Shown here: positions 21,027 to 30,489 of the stretch, piece after piece
Position numbering within the stretch: position 1 is the stretch's first letter
Layout of the letters: every line of letters starts with the position of its first letter
Origin: a virus
Virus record (IMG/VR): IMGVR_UViG_3300034407_001956
Span: 30,370 to 94,369 of that record
Direction: 5' to 3' (one strand)
Length of the DNA: 64,000 nt
Notes under the pieces: generated by a model
What the model saw: only the letters and a program-made list of their open reading frames with translations
Database searches by the model: none
What the model was told of the DNA's origin: nothing
Position numbers and translations under genes: made by a program

Positions 21027-21308
21027 GTGAATCAAAATGACCGGAAGGAATTTGAGATTGTTCATTTAAAGATAGATGAACTCAAAAATAATATAGAGAA
21101 AATGCAAGCAGATATGGAAAAGGCTCATCTTAAAACGGATGACAATCTAAGTTTCATTAAGGAAAATCTATTCAATCCCCAAGAAGGCCTATGGGCTGAG
21201 ACAAAACAAAATAGTCAATTCAGAGAATCCGCTGGTAAGTGGAGAAGTATGATTGGCGCTGGTTTTATTGGGCTGTTCTTCAAGCAGCTATATGACGTTT
21301 TCGGATAA
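21027..21308 (+). CDS. hypothetical coiled-coil protein with C-terminal TM
   Basis: GGAG RBS, GTG start. Confidence 0.55.
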   Translation: MNQNDRKEFEIVHLKIDELKNNIEKMQADMEKAHLKTDDNLSFIKENLFNPQEGLWAETKQNSQFRESAGKWRSMIGAGFIGLFFKQLYDVFG

Positions 21309-21783
21309 AATATCACCAATAAACTTAGAATCGTTTCTCAATATGACTGTCGTTACAGGTCATGGTGGGAAAGAAGTCGTTAATTTAGATGGAAAGCTAA
21401 AGACTGTCAGAGAATTAGTTGATTATTGGAATCCTCAAAGAATACAACAAACTATAGATAAACTATCAATGGGTAAAAATAAAGAGACAATGGAGAAAAC
21501 TGGTTCATTTGATTTTTGCCGTAATCCACAATATTTAAATTGTATGGTGGCTGGCTTCAGACATAATGTAGCAAACCACCACGAAATTGGTTGGGATAAG
21601 ATGACTAAAGAATATTATGATTCATTAGAACCAATGAGTGATGAAGAGATAGAGATATACCTAAGAGAGAATCCAGTAGAGTTTGATAAAGGACATATAC
21701 ATAGCTCGTATCACAGAGCTTGTGCTATGGTTGGTAGATTAATAAAAGGTCAAAAATATATAACATTTTATGTACGAGAATAA
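21292..21783 (+). CDS. hypothetical protein
   Basis: ORF; ATG 21292 preferred as start. Confidence 0.55.
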   Translation: MTFSDKISPINLESFLNMTVVTGHGGKEVVNLDGKLKTVRELVDYWNPQRIQQTIDKLSMGKNKETMEKTGSFDFCRNPQYLNCMVAGFRHNVANHHEIGWDKMTKEYYDSLEPMSDEEIEIYLRENPVEFDKGHIHSSYHRACAMVGRLIKGQKYITFYVRE

Positions 21784-22291
21784 GGATTGGATTTGGATGA
21801 TGCCCCACGGAGACATAACACGAGTAAAGTATTTAGATGAGGTGGATATGCCAAAGGATGAGTTTGCTATATGCCAGTCTAGCATATTAGCTCTGATGGG
21901 TATAAGAGATAATGAAGATTTAGATATAATAACAACCAATGAACCAACTAAACGAACTGAACCACACAATGAACATTCTTTATCTGCTTGGGGGCGTGGT
22001 AGTACAAATGGTCACGTTGAGTCGGTTCATCCATATGAATATGGTATAGATAATATAGAAGATAGTAGTTTCAAATTCAAAGGTTATAATTTCCTATATC
22101 CTAAGTACTATTTCAGATATAAGAAAGTGCCACCAATGGGTGACCAAAACGATTGGGAAAGGGATATATCAGATTGGAAAGGTATAGTACAATTCTTTGA
22201 TATTAGTAGTCACTTAGACTATCCATTTAATCAGCTAACAGAAGAACAATTAGGAGTCGAATATCTTAAAAGATATACAGAAACTATTTGA
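21770..22291 (+). CDS. hypothetical protein (nucleotidyltransferase-like DLDI motif)
   Basis: SSILALMGIRDNEDLDII resembles the GS...DxD motif. Confidence 0.45.
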   Translation: MYENKDWIWMMPHGDITRVKYLDEVDMPKDEFAICQSSILALMGIRDNEDLDIITTNEPTKRTEPHNEHSLSAWGRGSTNGHVESVHPYEYGIDNIEDSSFKFKGYNFLYPKYYFRYKKVPPMGDQNDWERDISDWKGIVQFFDISSHLDYPFNQLTEEQLGVEYLKRYTETI

Positions 22292-22784
22292 GTGGGTAGG
22301 CGATAGAGAAGTCGTAGATTTAGGTAGGAATGGTGGATTCGCTCATAAGGGTATGTATAAGATAGAAAACAAATGGATAATGAAAGTTACTAATCTAAGA
22401 GAGTATACTATTACTCATCATTTACAAGGGCACGACAATATAGTATCTATGATGCCAATGTCTCAAAGGAGTGGTAAATACGCTTCGGTAGTTATGGAGT
22501 ATTGTGATAAAGGTAATCTATCCAACTGTGATATTACAGAGATTGGTAAACAAAATATAATAGAGGATATAACTAAAGGCATAGGATATATGCTGAGTAA
22601 GGGATATATTCAGAATGACTTATGGAGAGAAAGAGGAGAACACCTTAGTAATTTCTTCGTAAGAAAGAACGGAACTGTGGTATTGGGTGACTTCGGTAAT
22701 GTGAGTAAGGTTACTAATAAAAATCTAACAGAATTAATGAAACAACTTGATAATATTATTGAATATATTAATATATATTGTTGA
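22263..22784 (+). CDS. minimal protein-kinase-like protein
   Basis: VMEYCDKGNL, QNDL...SNFFV and LGDFG; the Gly-rich loop LGRNGGF lies in frame upstream of the first ATG (22353), so the start is uncertain. Confidence 0.6.
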   Translation: MLKDIQKLFEWVGDREVVDLGRNGGFAHKGMYKIENKWIMKVTNLREYTITHHLQGHDNIVSMMPMSQRSGKYASVVMEYCDKGNLSNCDITEIGKQNIIEDITKGIGYMLSKGYIQNDLWRERGEHLSNFFVRKNGTVVLGDFGNVSKVTNKNLTELMKQLDNIIEYINIYC

Positions 22785-22786
22785 GG

Positions 22787-22935
22787 GGTGTCAATGGCGG
22801 AGACACCGAAAACGCGTGTGAATACGTGTATCGCTTAATTTCTTTGACACCATTGGTAAAATCTACTAATCGTAGATTTCACCTATAATTGTACTTAATG
22901 GTAAATCATAAGGCTTTCCCAATTGAGGGAAATGC
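22787..22935 (+). ncRNA. candidate structured RNA or cis element
   Basis: Non-coding; stems GGTGTCAA/TTGACACC, ACGCGT/ACGTGT, AAATCTAC/GTAGATTT, TTTCCC/GGGAAA. Confidence 0.35.
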
Positions 22936-22953
22936 TCGGTCGGGAGATTAGTT

Positions 22954-23127
22954 ATGAAAAGGGATATATTAAAAAGGTTTTTGGAATTGGTTCAATCAAA
23001 GAATAGGCTCGGTGAGTTAGAAGAATCACTACTCAGAGCAAAAACACTCATCAGCTTAGACATAAAGCTTGATAGTATAGAGGATGATTACTTTATGAAC
23101 CGTGAACATAGAAGGGTAAAGAAATGA
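22954..23127 (+). CDS. hypothetical 57-aa protein (not in ORF track)
   Basis: GGGAG RBS, MKRDILKRFLEL...; stop overlaps the next ATG. Confidence 0.5.
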   Translation: MKRDILKRFLELVQSKNRLGELEESLLRAKTLISLDIKLDSIEDDYFMNREHRRVKK

Positions 23128-23459
23128 AAATGAGATGGCAAGATTTATATCTGCTTCCGAAGTGGTGGAGCATAGCGGTATGGTCAATAACAATAATCCT
23201 ATACCTAACCCTAATCGGTTGTAAGGAGGATATGTATATAATGGGCTACGGATTGGTGCCGGGTGATAAGGAAGAAGCAACCCTAAACTTTCCCCTAATT
23301 GATAAGAACAATGTAACGCACAACTTTCTTAAAGAATATAACATCGGTATATACGATGAGGATGTAATGTATTGTGCTAGTCATCATACTTGGGAAAGCA
23401 TACGTGGTGTATACGATATGGAATCCGATATGAAGGTATACGAGGTAAGGGATAAATAA
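23124..23459 (+). CDS. putative lipoprotein
   Basis: Hydrophobic segment ending LIGC. Confidence 0.45.
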   Translation: MKMRWQDLYLLPKWWSIAVWSITIILYLTLIGCKEDMYIMGYGLVPGDKEEATLNFPLIDKNNVTHNFLKEYNIGIYDEDVMYCASHHTWESIRGVYDMESDMKVYEVRDK

Positions 23460-23552
23460 TAATATAATGGAGAAATATAATGAAAGAATATAAATGTCCA
23501 AATTGCACCTGCAGTGATGATGATTTGTGTGCTTGTTGTATAAATAAATAAT

Positions 23553-23969
23553 ATGGTAAATAAAAATGATATGAGATGGCCTAAGGTTTGTGAGGGTGAA
23601 TGTGTACCGAAGGGATGGGGAGAAGAAATAATAATAGCTAATAACAAAGACTATTGTGGTAAGGTATTGGTATTCAAAGAAAGCGGTAAGTTCTCAATGC
23701 ACTTCCATATGATAAAGGACGAGACGTGGTATGTAGAGAAGGGAAGGTTTGTGTATAGGTGGATAGATATATTAACAGCGGAGATAAAAGAAAACCTATT
23801 AAAGCCAGGCGACGTGGTAAGACAAAGGCCAGGCCAACCTCACCAATTGGAGTGTCTAAACGGTGGCGGTAGGATATTTGAGGTGAGTACAGAACATAAG
23901 GATTCAGACTCATATAGGGTAATGCCAGGTGACTCTCAATCTAAGAAGGACATCAACCCATTTAAGTAA
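23553..23969 (+). CDS. cupin (mannose-6-phosphate isomerase-like)
   Basis: KGWGEE, SMHFHMIKDETW, PHQL, EVST. Confidence 0.85.
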   Translation: MVNKNDMRWPKVCEGECVPKGWGEEIIIANNKDYCGKVLVFKESGKFSMHFHMIKDETWYVEKGRFVYRWIDILTAEIKENLLKPGDVVRQRPGQPHQLECLNGGGRIFEVSTEHKDSDSYRVMPGDSQSKKDINPFK

Positions 23970-23999
23970 AATAAATTTCAGCGTCATATACTTATATGT

Positions 24000-24275
24000 A
24001 TGACAGACAACTTCAAAAAGCTAGATAAGATTCCAACAATCAAATCATTGGATACTAAGGTAAGAAGGCTTACCAATGTAATAAAGGATCCTGATGGTTA
24101 TAATAGTGGAATAGCCTCATCGAAGAGGATTGAAAAAGTAGAGGAGAGAGTGGATGAATTAACCGCTATTTCCCACCCACCTGTTGATTTCTCCCATAAG
24201 TTAGATTCATTACACCATAAGATAGATAGGATGATTGAGATGCTTGAGCGTCTTACAGACGAGCAATCAAATTAA
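24000..24275 (+). CDS. hypothetical coiled-coil protein
   Basis: ORF only. Confidence 0.55.
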   Translation: MTDNFKKLDKIPTIKSLDTKVRRLTNVIKDPDGYNSGIASSKRIEKVEERVDELTAISHPPVDFSHKLDSLHHKIDRMIEMLERLTDEQSN

Positions 24276-24513
24276 TTGGTTAGAGATTCTCTCTAGCCTT
24301 TACTATCTATTACTATTCATCCTCATATGTAAACTATGGTGGGATGAGACTTAACCCACTTTAACCCTTTTTGACACACTTCACTACTTATTAGATATAA
24401 ATCAGTATGTCAGGGAGCGCAGAGTATATCGCTCGTATGTCATACTGTCAGAGTATTTTTTATAGTAGCTTTGATATTATCGGTATGTCAAAGTGACAGA
24501 AATGGAGGGTTTT

Positions 24514-25029
24514 ATGGCTAAAGTAAGCAAATCTAAGGTAGTATGGGCGATTAATGAGACTCAGAGTATGCGTCAAGCCTCTCAATTGTTAGGCTTAGCG
24601 TATAATACGTTTAAGAAGTACGCAAAGTTGTATGAGGTGTGGGCTCCGTTAGAGACAAACGCAGGTATACCACAGCGTAGTAGCGGAGGACTTAAACCAG
24701 CTGAGTTGGAAGATATATTCGCTGGAAAGAATCCATCGTATAGTTCTACTAAGTTATTACACCGCTGTTTTAGGGAAGGATACTTAGCAGAGGAGTGTAG
24801 TAACTGTGGATATGATGAGTACCGCCCCTCTGATATGACTAAACCGCTAATGTTGGATTACTTAGATGATGACCAGACCAATAAGGAGCTAGCCAATCTC
24901 AGGGTATTGTGTTATTGTTGTTATTATATACTCAAAATGGACAGATTAGAGGTAGAAGTACCAGCAAATGTCAAATCCTTTCAGAAAGCCATATACACCG
25001 CTTTTAATCAGAGTAACGAATCCAAGTAG
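24514..25029 (+). CDS. HTH plus degenerate HNH zinc-finger protein
   Basis: SMRQASQLLGLAYNTFKKY (HTH-like); CSNCG...LDYLDDDQTNKELANLRVLCYCC, with the HNH His replaced by Tyr. Confidence 0.65.
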   Translation: MAKVSKSKVVWAINETQSMRQASQLLGLAYNTFKKYAKLYEVWAPLETNAGIPQRSSGGLKPAELEDIFAGKNPSYSSTKLLHRCFREGYLAEECSNCGYDEYRPSDMTKPLMLDYLDDDQTNKELANLRVLCYCCYYILKMDRLEVEVPANVKSFQKAIYTAFNQSNESK

Positions 25030-25159
25030 TTTGTTATATCTTTCAGGGCCAACCCTGAATTTACACAATTCTGACGTAAAAGTCAAGCCATAATATAACT
25101 TTTTTTAATAGAAGCGCTGTCATGATGCCGTGCGCAGAGTCGCCAATCCAAAATAAATG

Positions 25160-25320
25160 AAAATAAGGCTTGACATTGTGGTTTATTCTGTGTATATTAA
25201 GGTGTTGAATGAGGGGATTAAACGATGGATTCAACGCTCTTTGAAAATTAGTTAAAAAAAGTTAAAATAAGGCTTGACTTTCTCATTTATTCTCTGTATA
25301 TTAAGGGGTTGGATGAGGTG
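25160..25320 (+). promoter_or_regulatory. tandem duplicated sigma70-type promoters
   Basis: AAATAAGGCTTGAC..TTTATTCT.TGTATATTAAGG.GTTG.ATGAGG repeated 104 bp apart (-35 at 25170 and 25274, 17-nt spacers). Confidence 0.8.
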
Positions 25321-25345
25321 AGTTTTTTGAAAAGTTAAAGAATTA

Positions 25346-25744
25346 GGAACTAAGGTTAAGAGCCACTGCTAGTCGTCATTCGACTTCTGGAGTTCCGAAA
25401 GACATCGCACCGAAAGGGGCTGAAACGCTGGGTTTGGAAACCTAACTGAGTAAGGTGCGGACATAGAAGGCCTGTGATAGAGTTCTAATCAAACTCTTAG
25501 GTAAGAGGTTGTCTGAGGACAAAAGGGAGTGATTGCCTGAGTAGTCCGTTAGTAAGGCTGTGGGGTTCGAATCCCCACCTTTGTTTTCGGTTGTTGGTCC
25601 GATATAAAACCAACAAAGATTTTAGTTGAGCTGAGGAGCCAAAAACCGACCCGATTAAATACGAGCTTGATGATGGGTGTTAATAGACAGTTTAAAGCCT
25701 GATGGACAGACAACTAAGTATGGAGGCTGGAGACTAGCGATGTC
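25346..25744 (+). ncRNA. large structured ncRNA with embedded tRNA-like domain
   Basis: No + strand ORF and more GC-rich than the flanks; long-range helices GACATCGC(25401)/GCGATGTC(25737), GTTGTCTG(25508)/CAGACAAC(25707), GGAACT/AGTTCC; T-arm TGGGG-TTCGAAT-CCCCA at 25561. Confidence 0.65.
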
Positions 25745-25866
25745 AATAAGACTCTCTCCCCTCCGCCGGTTTTGTGACAGAATGACAGAGTAATATAATA
25801 TCAGCGGTACGCTGAAAAATAAGTAGCTCATAACTATTTATTACCATATAACGGAGAACACTATAT

Positions 25867-26058
25867 ATGAAGCAAACTAAGAAAGCAACAGATTTCGACA
25901 TAATAGAGATAATAGAGCAGGAGATGATAAGCATGTGGAATACAGGTGAGATTCCCTATCTGCTGAAGAAGGATCCGGAATTCGTACAGGTGATAATGGA
26001 AGGGCTGATGTTGGAACGCAGCTTTTGGAGTCAGAATATGGTGGTGGGAGAGGCTTGA
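25867..26058 (+). CDS. hypothetical protein
   Basis: GGAG RBS. Confidence 0.5.
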   Translation: MKQTKKATDFDIIEIIEQEMISMWNTGEIPYLLKKDPEFVQVIMEGLMLERSFWSQNMVVGEA

Positions 26059-26220
26059 CAATATGACATACCCCCGGCATTAAGTCGTTAATCGCCAAAC
26101 TATGACAAAGTGACAGGCGCTCCATATTGGTTCCTGAATCGGACCAGGTTTTGAGTTCCTATAGAAATTGATATATTATGTGTATCGTAAACGATAAAAA
26201 ATAAACAGCTAGGAGTTATA

Positions 26221-26559
26221 ATGAAAAGAATATTAGGAAGTATAATACATATACTTTTGGTATTAGGTACTTTACTATTATGTACATCTAAACTAAATGG
26301 GATGCAGAGTAATGTAGAGATGATTCCATATAGATTAGTTCCATCGATGGATATAGAGTGTCCTATACAGATAGAAATAATCCATCCTATATCTATATTG
26401 GGTGTTCCAATAATATATGAGGATGAGTTCATAGAGGTTATAAAAGAAAGGGTTATATTTGAAACCACCAATCCATTCGCTCAGAATGAGATATTCAGTA
26501 TAGATGGTAAACAATACTATTTACTCAGAGTTCCCTACACAGGAGTTAGTTGGAAATAA
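26221..26559 (+). CDS. hypothetical secreted or membrane protein
   Basis: AGGAG RBS, hydrophobic leader. Confidence 0.55.
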   Translation: MKRILGSIIHILLVLGTLLLCTSKLNGMQSNVEMIPYRLVPSMDIECPIQIEIIHPISILGVPIIYEDEFIEVIKERVIFETTNPFAQNEIFSIDGKQYYLLRVPYTGVSWK

Positions 26560-26572
26560 TTAAAGAAAAGGC

Positions 26573-26602
26573 TTGACTCGTATAGGTATTTCTTCGTATG
26601 AT
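26573..26602 (+). promoter_or_regulatory. phage early-type promoter
   Basis: TTGACTCGTAT...TATGAT, 18-nt spacer. Confidence 0.7.
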
Positions 26603-26648
26603 CTGGTATGAGAAAAGAGAGATTAACTAACTTTACAAAAGGAAAAAG

Positions 26649-26883
26649 AATGAAGAATTTAAAAGTAAACGCTTTCGGTGATGTAGTGGAAAGAGGATTG
26701 TATGACTATGGTAATCACAAAGCCCAACTAAGTTTTAACTTTGAAAAAAAGTACGAAGTAGTAATGCATCAAATAAACATTCAGAAGATGGGAGAGTTCA
26801 AATTAAAGATGAATGAATTACAGAATGAGATGGATGACTGGTTTAAACAAATGGATGCTGAATTAAAAAAAGGAAATAACTAA
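26649..26883 (+). CDS. hypothetical protein
   Basis: ORF after promoter; start approximate. Confidence 0.5.
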
Positions 26884-27215
26884 TGAACTTAAACGAAACT
26901 ATATTTCATAAGAATCACATAATCGGTGTCGAAGAGTTAGACCCACCATTCAGAGAGGTTCGCTTCCAACATCTAATGAAAGAGTTCTGTGAGGACTACA
27001 ATCATTATGAGGCTGATGAATTTGCCGTAGTATGGTATGAGAAAGATGAAGATTTATATATCGAACAAATATACAATCACGATACAGGTGAGGTATATTG
27101 GGAAGATAGGAGTAAACAACTTCCAAACCCAAATTGGACAGACAACGATGAGATACTTTATTGTAGTCTTTTAATGTGGGGTAATTTAGAACAAACTATA
27201 GGAATGAATATATAA
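26883..27215 (+). CDS. hypothetical acidic protein
   Basis: Coupled TAATG junction. Confidence 0.6.
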   Translation: MNLNETIFHKNHIIGVEELDPPFREVRFQHLMKEFCEDYNHYEADEFAVVWYEKDEDLYIEQIYNHDTGEVYWEDRSKQLPNPNWTDNDEILYCSLLMWGNLEQTIGMNI

Positions 27216-27457
27216 TGGCCATATTAAAATCAGCGCCCTACAACAAACCAATGATTGACTTATCAGGTCCGAAAGGTAATGCTTTCTATCTGCTTAATTT
27301 AGCACAGAAGTATGGTAAACAATTCGGTTGGGGAGTTATGGAGATTAATGCTATGCTTGATAATCTAAAGAGCGGAGACTATAAACATTTGGTAGAAGCA
27401 TTCGATGGGTACTTTGGTGAGGTTGTTGATTTAAATCTAGCGGGCATAGAACTATAA
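27215..27457 (+). CDS. conserved phage hypothetical protein
   Basis: IDLSGPKGNAFYLL...SGDYKHLVEAFD, a motif recurrent in large phages. Confidence 0.65.
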   Translation: MAILKSAPYNKPMIDLSGPKGNAFYLLNLAQKYGKQFGWGVMEINAMLDNLKSGDYKHLVEAFDGYFGEVVDLNLAGIEL

Positions 27458-27693
27458 TGTGGGAAGAGAAGGCTGAAAGAGAACTAAAATATCGTCAGCG
27501 ATTTAAAAGGTTACAGAGTACTATGATGAGATGGGCTGATAAGAATAAACGAGCTCATCTATATGGGGATTATGAACTAACCGATAGATGGAAACAGGAC
27601 CTAAAGGTTGTATTGGTGTATGAGCGACAGAAGCACCTAACGGCTGAGGCTATGAGGATATTGAATGACTTATATAATAAATATAGGTCTTGA
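27457..27693 (+). CDS. hypothetical protein
   Basis: Coupled TAATG junction. Confidence 0.55.
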   Translation: MWEEKAERELKYRQRFKRLQSTMMRWADKNKRAHLYGDYELTDRWKQDLKVVLVYERQKHLTAEAMRILNDLYNKYRS

Positions 27694-27708
27694 CTCGTAT
27701 AACATATT

Positions 27709-27921
27709 ATGAGTAAGTTCTTTGATTATGGAGATGTCGATTCCGAAGATTCCCAATGGTTTCATATTAAGGCTAGGGATATGGATATATTCCAACCTGA
27801 TGGTAAGGTTATTACCTTTTGGCTATGGGGAGTATCGGAAACAGACATACGACATATACTCTCTAAAAAAAATATAAAGGATATAGAATGGATAAAGAAA
27901 AAGACACCACCCTTTGCGTAG
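27709..27921 (+). CDS. hypothetical protein
   Basis: ORF; start uncertain because it overlaps the promoter at 27690. Confidence 0.45.
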   Translation: MSKFFDYGDVDSEDSQWFHIKARDMDIFQPDGKVITFWLWGVSETDIRHILSKKNIKDIEWIKKKTPPFA

Positions 27922-28430
27922 GTTGTGAGACCACCCTATCCGATGAGCGTATACACTTAGGCTTTACCGATTGTGTGGAGTGTAGTAAGGTAGATAAGTA
28001 TTCTTCTCATACCATATACCCACATAAGACAGGTGGCTTTATACAACCTGTGTCAGCTGAACAAGCGGACAATATGAAAAGGCTAGACCGCCGAAGTGTA
28101 GGCGGTGAGCGTAGAGCCAAAGGAATCGTAGCGGATAATAGTTGGGATAGGTGGTTGAAGGATTACCTATCTAAGAAAGACTCTCCCCCAAGTGAGCCTA
28201 AGACTAATCCATTACCTACACCATTACCAATTTTCATCCCTTACCAAAAAGCAATCGATGAGGCGTTAGCCAAGTTTGAAGATAGGGGTTACGAAGCAGC
28301 GGCGGAACTTACACAATCGATGTATACGAGCGACAAGATTTCGTTAGCACACAAAGCGAAGATTATGAACGAGCTTTCCTCACTAGCCCTACTCACGACC
28401 AAGCAACGAAGATGGATGAAAAAATTATGA
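27888..28430 (+). CDS. zinc-finger (CxxC..CxxC) protein
   Basis: CVGC...CVEC. Confidence 0.55.
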   Translation: MDKEKDTTLCVGCETTLSDERIHLGFTDCVECSKVDKYSSHTIYPHKTGGFIQPVSAEQADNMKRLDRRSVGGERRAKGIVADNSWDRWLKDYLSKKDSPPSEPKTNPLPTPLPIFIPYQKAIDEALAKFEDRGYEAAAELTQSMYTSDKISLAHKAKIMNELSSLALLTTKQRRWMKKL

Positions 28431-28687
28431 TGTTTAACAAATTGGGGCACTATTTATTTAAGAGAATGAGCAAAGACCAAATAGCGTTAAGGAAAACTAG
28501 ACCACAAAATATGGTGGGTTTATACATCAATTCAAAAGACATTCAACAGTACATAAATGATTATTATAATTATGGTATAGATTATATGGGTGACGATAAT
28601 ATGTCATCAGAAGATTTTGTAGAATCACAAATAAACGAACCAGGCGAAGAACTTTATTGGGATGACGCTGATGGGGAGGAAAGTTAA
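28412..28687 (+). CDS. hypothetical protein
   Basis: ORF, acidic tail. Confidence 0.5.
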   Translation: MDEKIMMFNKLGHYLFKRMSKDQIALRKTRPQNMVGLYINSKDIQQYINDYYNYGIDYMGDDNMSSEDFVESQINEPGEELYWDDADGEES

Positions 28688-28799
28688 TGAGGGCAAAAAT
28701 GTTAGATGAGGTAATGAAGAGTAGGAGTAACATACCAATGTTACTATTCGTTGCGGTAGTTTGTTTTTTAATAGGATTAACAATAGGAGTTATGTCAGT

Positions 28800-29711
28800 A
28801 TGAACATAGGTTACGCTTGTATCAATATGCAATTATCATCACAGAAACCAAAGGTGTATACCGGCAGAAGTATGATTAAACGAACCTTTAAAGCTAGGGG
28901 CATTGAGTATGCATCTGAGCTAGGTTTACAGAATTGTAAAGACTTATTTGAAATAGTTAAATGGAATAATGAGAATGGGTTTCCTTTCTTTCGTATTACA
29001 TCTAATTTATTTCCTTGGTCATCTGAATACAAACTTGAGGATATGCCAGACTATTTTGAGATAGGTAGTACACTAGCAAATGTGGGTAAGTATGTAGCTG
29101 ACAATAATATGAGGATTACTTCTCATCCTGGTCCATTCAATGTTCTTACTTCACCACACCCACACGTTGTAGATAATTGTATCAATGACTTATCCACACA
29201 CGGAGAAGTATTTGATATGATGGGATTGAGTAGAACACCTTACAACAAAATCAATATTCATATTGGTGGTGCTTATGGAGATAAGGAATCAGCTATGGCT
29301 AGATTCTGTACCAACTTTGTTAGATTGCCAGATTCGGTTAAGAGTAGACTCACTGTTGAGAATGATGATAAGGCTACTATGTATTCTGTTAGAGATTTAT
29401 ATGATGGAGTTTACAAAGTAATTGGTATTCCTATTGTATTTGATTACCACCACCATCAGTTCTGTACAGGTGATTTGACAGAACAAAAAGCATTGGAGTT
29501 GGCTATTAAAACGTGGGGTGATATTAAACCTGTTGTTCATTATTCAGAGAGCAGACGTGACGAAAAGAAAGATGATACTATCAGAGTACAGGCTCATTCA
29601 GATTATGTTTATGAGAAGATTGAGACATATGGTCACGACATTGATATTATGATTGAGGCTAAACATAAAGAGCTAGCAGTTCAGAGATATAGGGAACTAC
29701 ATATTGACTAA
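28800..29711 (+). CDS. uvsE: UV damage endonuclease
   Basis: IGYACIN, HPGPF, NIHIGG, LTVENDD, FDYHHH, HYSE, AHSDY, MIEAKHKE. Confidence 0.95.
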   Translation: MNIGYACINMQLSSQKPKVYTGRSMIKRTFKARGIEYASELGLQNCKDLFEIVKWNNENGFPFFRITSNLFPWSSEYKLEDMPDYFEIGSTLANVGKYVADNNMRITSHPGPFNVLTSPHPHVVDNCINDLSTHGEVFDMMGLSRTPYNKINIHIGGAYGDKESAMARFCTNFVRLPDSVKSRLTVENDDKATMYSVRDLYDGVYKVIGIPIVFDYHHHQFCTGDLTEQKALELAIKTWGDIKPVVHYSESRRDEKKDDTIRVQAHSDYVYEKIETYGHDIDIMIEAKHKELAVQRYRELHID

Positions 29712-30477
29712 TCTAAATATGACAGTATACCACATACCGAGATGTGCTGGTACAACCTTTCAATACTATCTATTAAGTCTGTATGGTGTAGGAGTAGAAG
29801 TAGAAAAATATGATACTTCAGATAGTAATCCACACCTACAGATAAACGAATTGGAATTTACAGGTGATTTGGTTAGAGACTACTCATCTATAAATTGGGA
29901 TTCTAAAACATTTGGCTATAAGATATTATTGGATAATGAAAGCACTGTAAATGAAGATGTTGGAGAAAACATATACAGATACGGAGATGTAGACTTTGAT
30001 TTGATGTATGGACATTTTGGTATAGATAAGTATCCATCAGAAAATCGTAATAAAGTAGTTTGGTTAAGAGAACCATTAGAAAGAGCATTATCACAAGCTA
30101 AGTATCTGGCATACGCTCAAAGATACTACGCTTCAGATTTAGATTGGCCGTTTGAGAATATGGATATAAATGATTACATAAACTCTGATGATGTTGTGAA
30201 TACTATGACAAAATATGTTGGTAAAGATTTATCTGATTTTAAGTTTGTTGGTATAGTTGAACATATGGATAGAGATATTGCAAGGTTTCAAGATATGTTT
30301 GGATTAGAAAAAACTAAGCTACCTAAAACAAATCAGTATGATTCTATGGTTAGAGTAGCTCCAATACATTGTGATGAGTGCTCCAAAAGATTTGATTTCA
30401 TATCAGCTGATATAGATAGACAAAGATTTTTTGAAAATAATAAAGAGGACTATGAACTATACAATACTTATATATAA
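29704..30477 (+). CDS. sulfotransferase-family protein
   Basis: HIPRCAGTT (5'-PSB) and LREPLERALS (3'-PB) motifs. Confidence 0.75.
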   Translation: MTNLNMTVYHIPRCAGTTFQYYLLSLYGVGVEVEKYDTSDSNPHLQINELEFTGDLVRDYSSINWDSKTFGYKILLDNESTVNEDVGENIYRYGDVDFDLMYGHFGIDKYPSENRNKVVWLREPLERALSQAKYLAYAQRYYASDLDWPFENMDINDYINSDDVVNTMTKYVGKDLSDFKFVGIVEHMDRDIARFQDMFGLEKTKLPKTNQYDSMVRVAPIHCDECSKRFDFISADIDRQRFFENNKEDYELYNTYI

Positions 30478-30489
30478 ACGGAGAATATT

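Larger units (their letters stand above)
24408..26115. repeat. dispersed TG(A/T)CA-N3-TG(A/T)CA boxes
   Basis: Perfect copies at 24438-24450, 24486-24498, 25775-25787, 26056-26068 and 26103-26115; single pentamers at 24408, 25118 and 25741. Confidence 0.6.

Noticed and set aside
25516-25588. A third tRNA gene
   Set aside because: It has a perfect T arm but no D arm, no 7-nt anticodon loop and a bulged acceptor; treated as a tRNA-like domain of a larger RNA.
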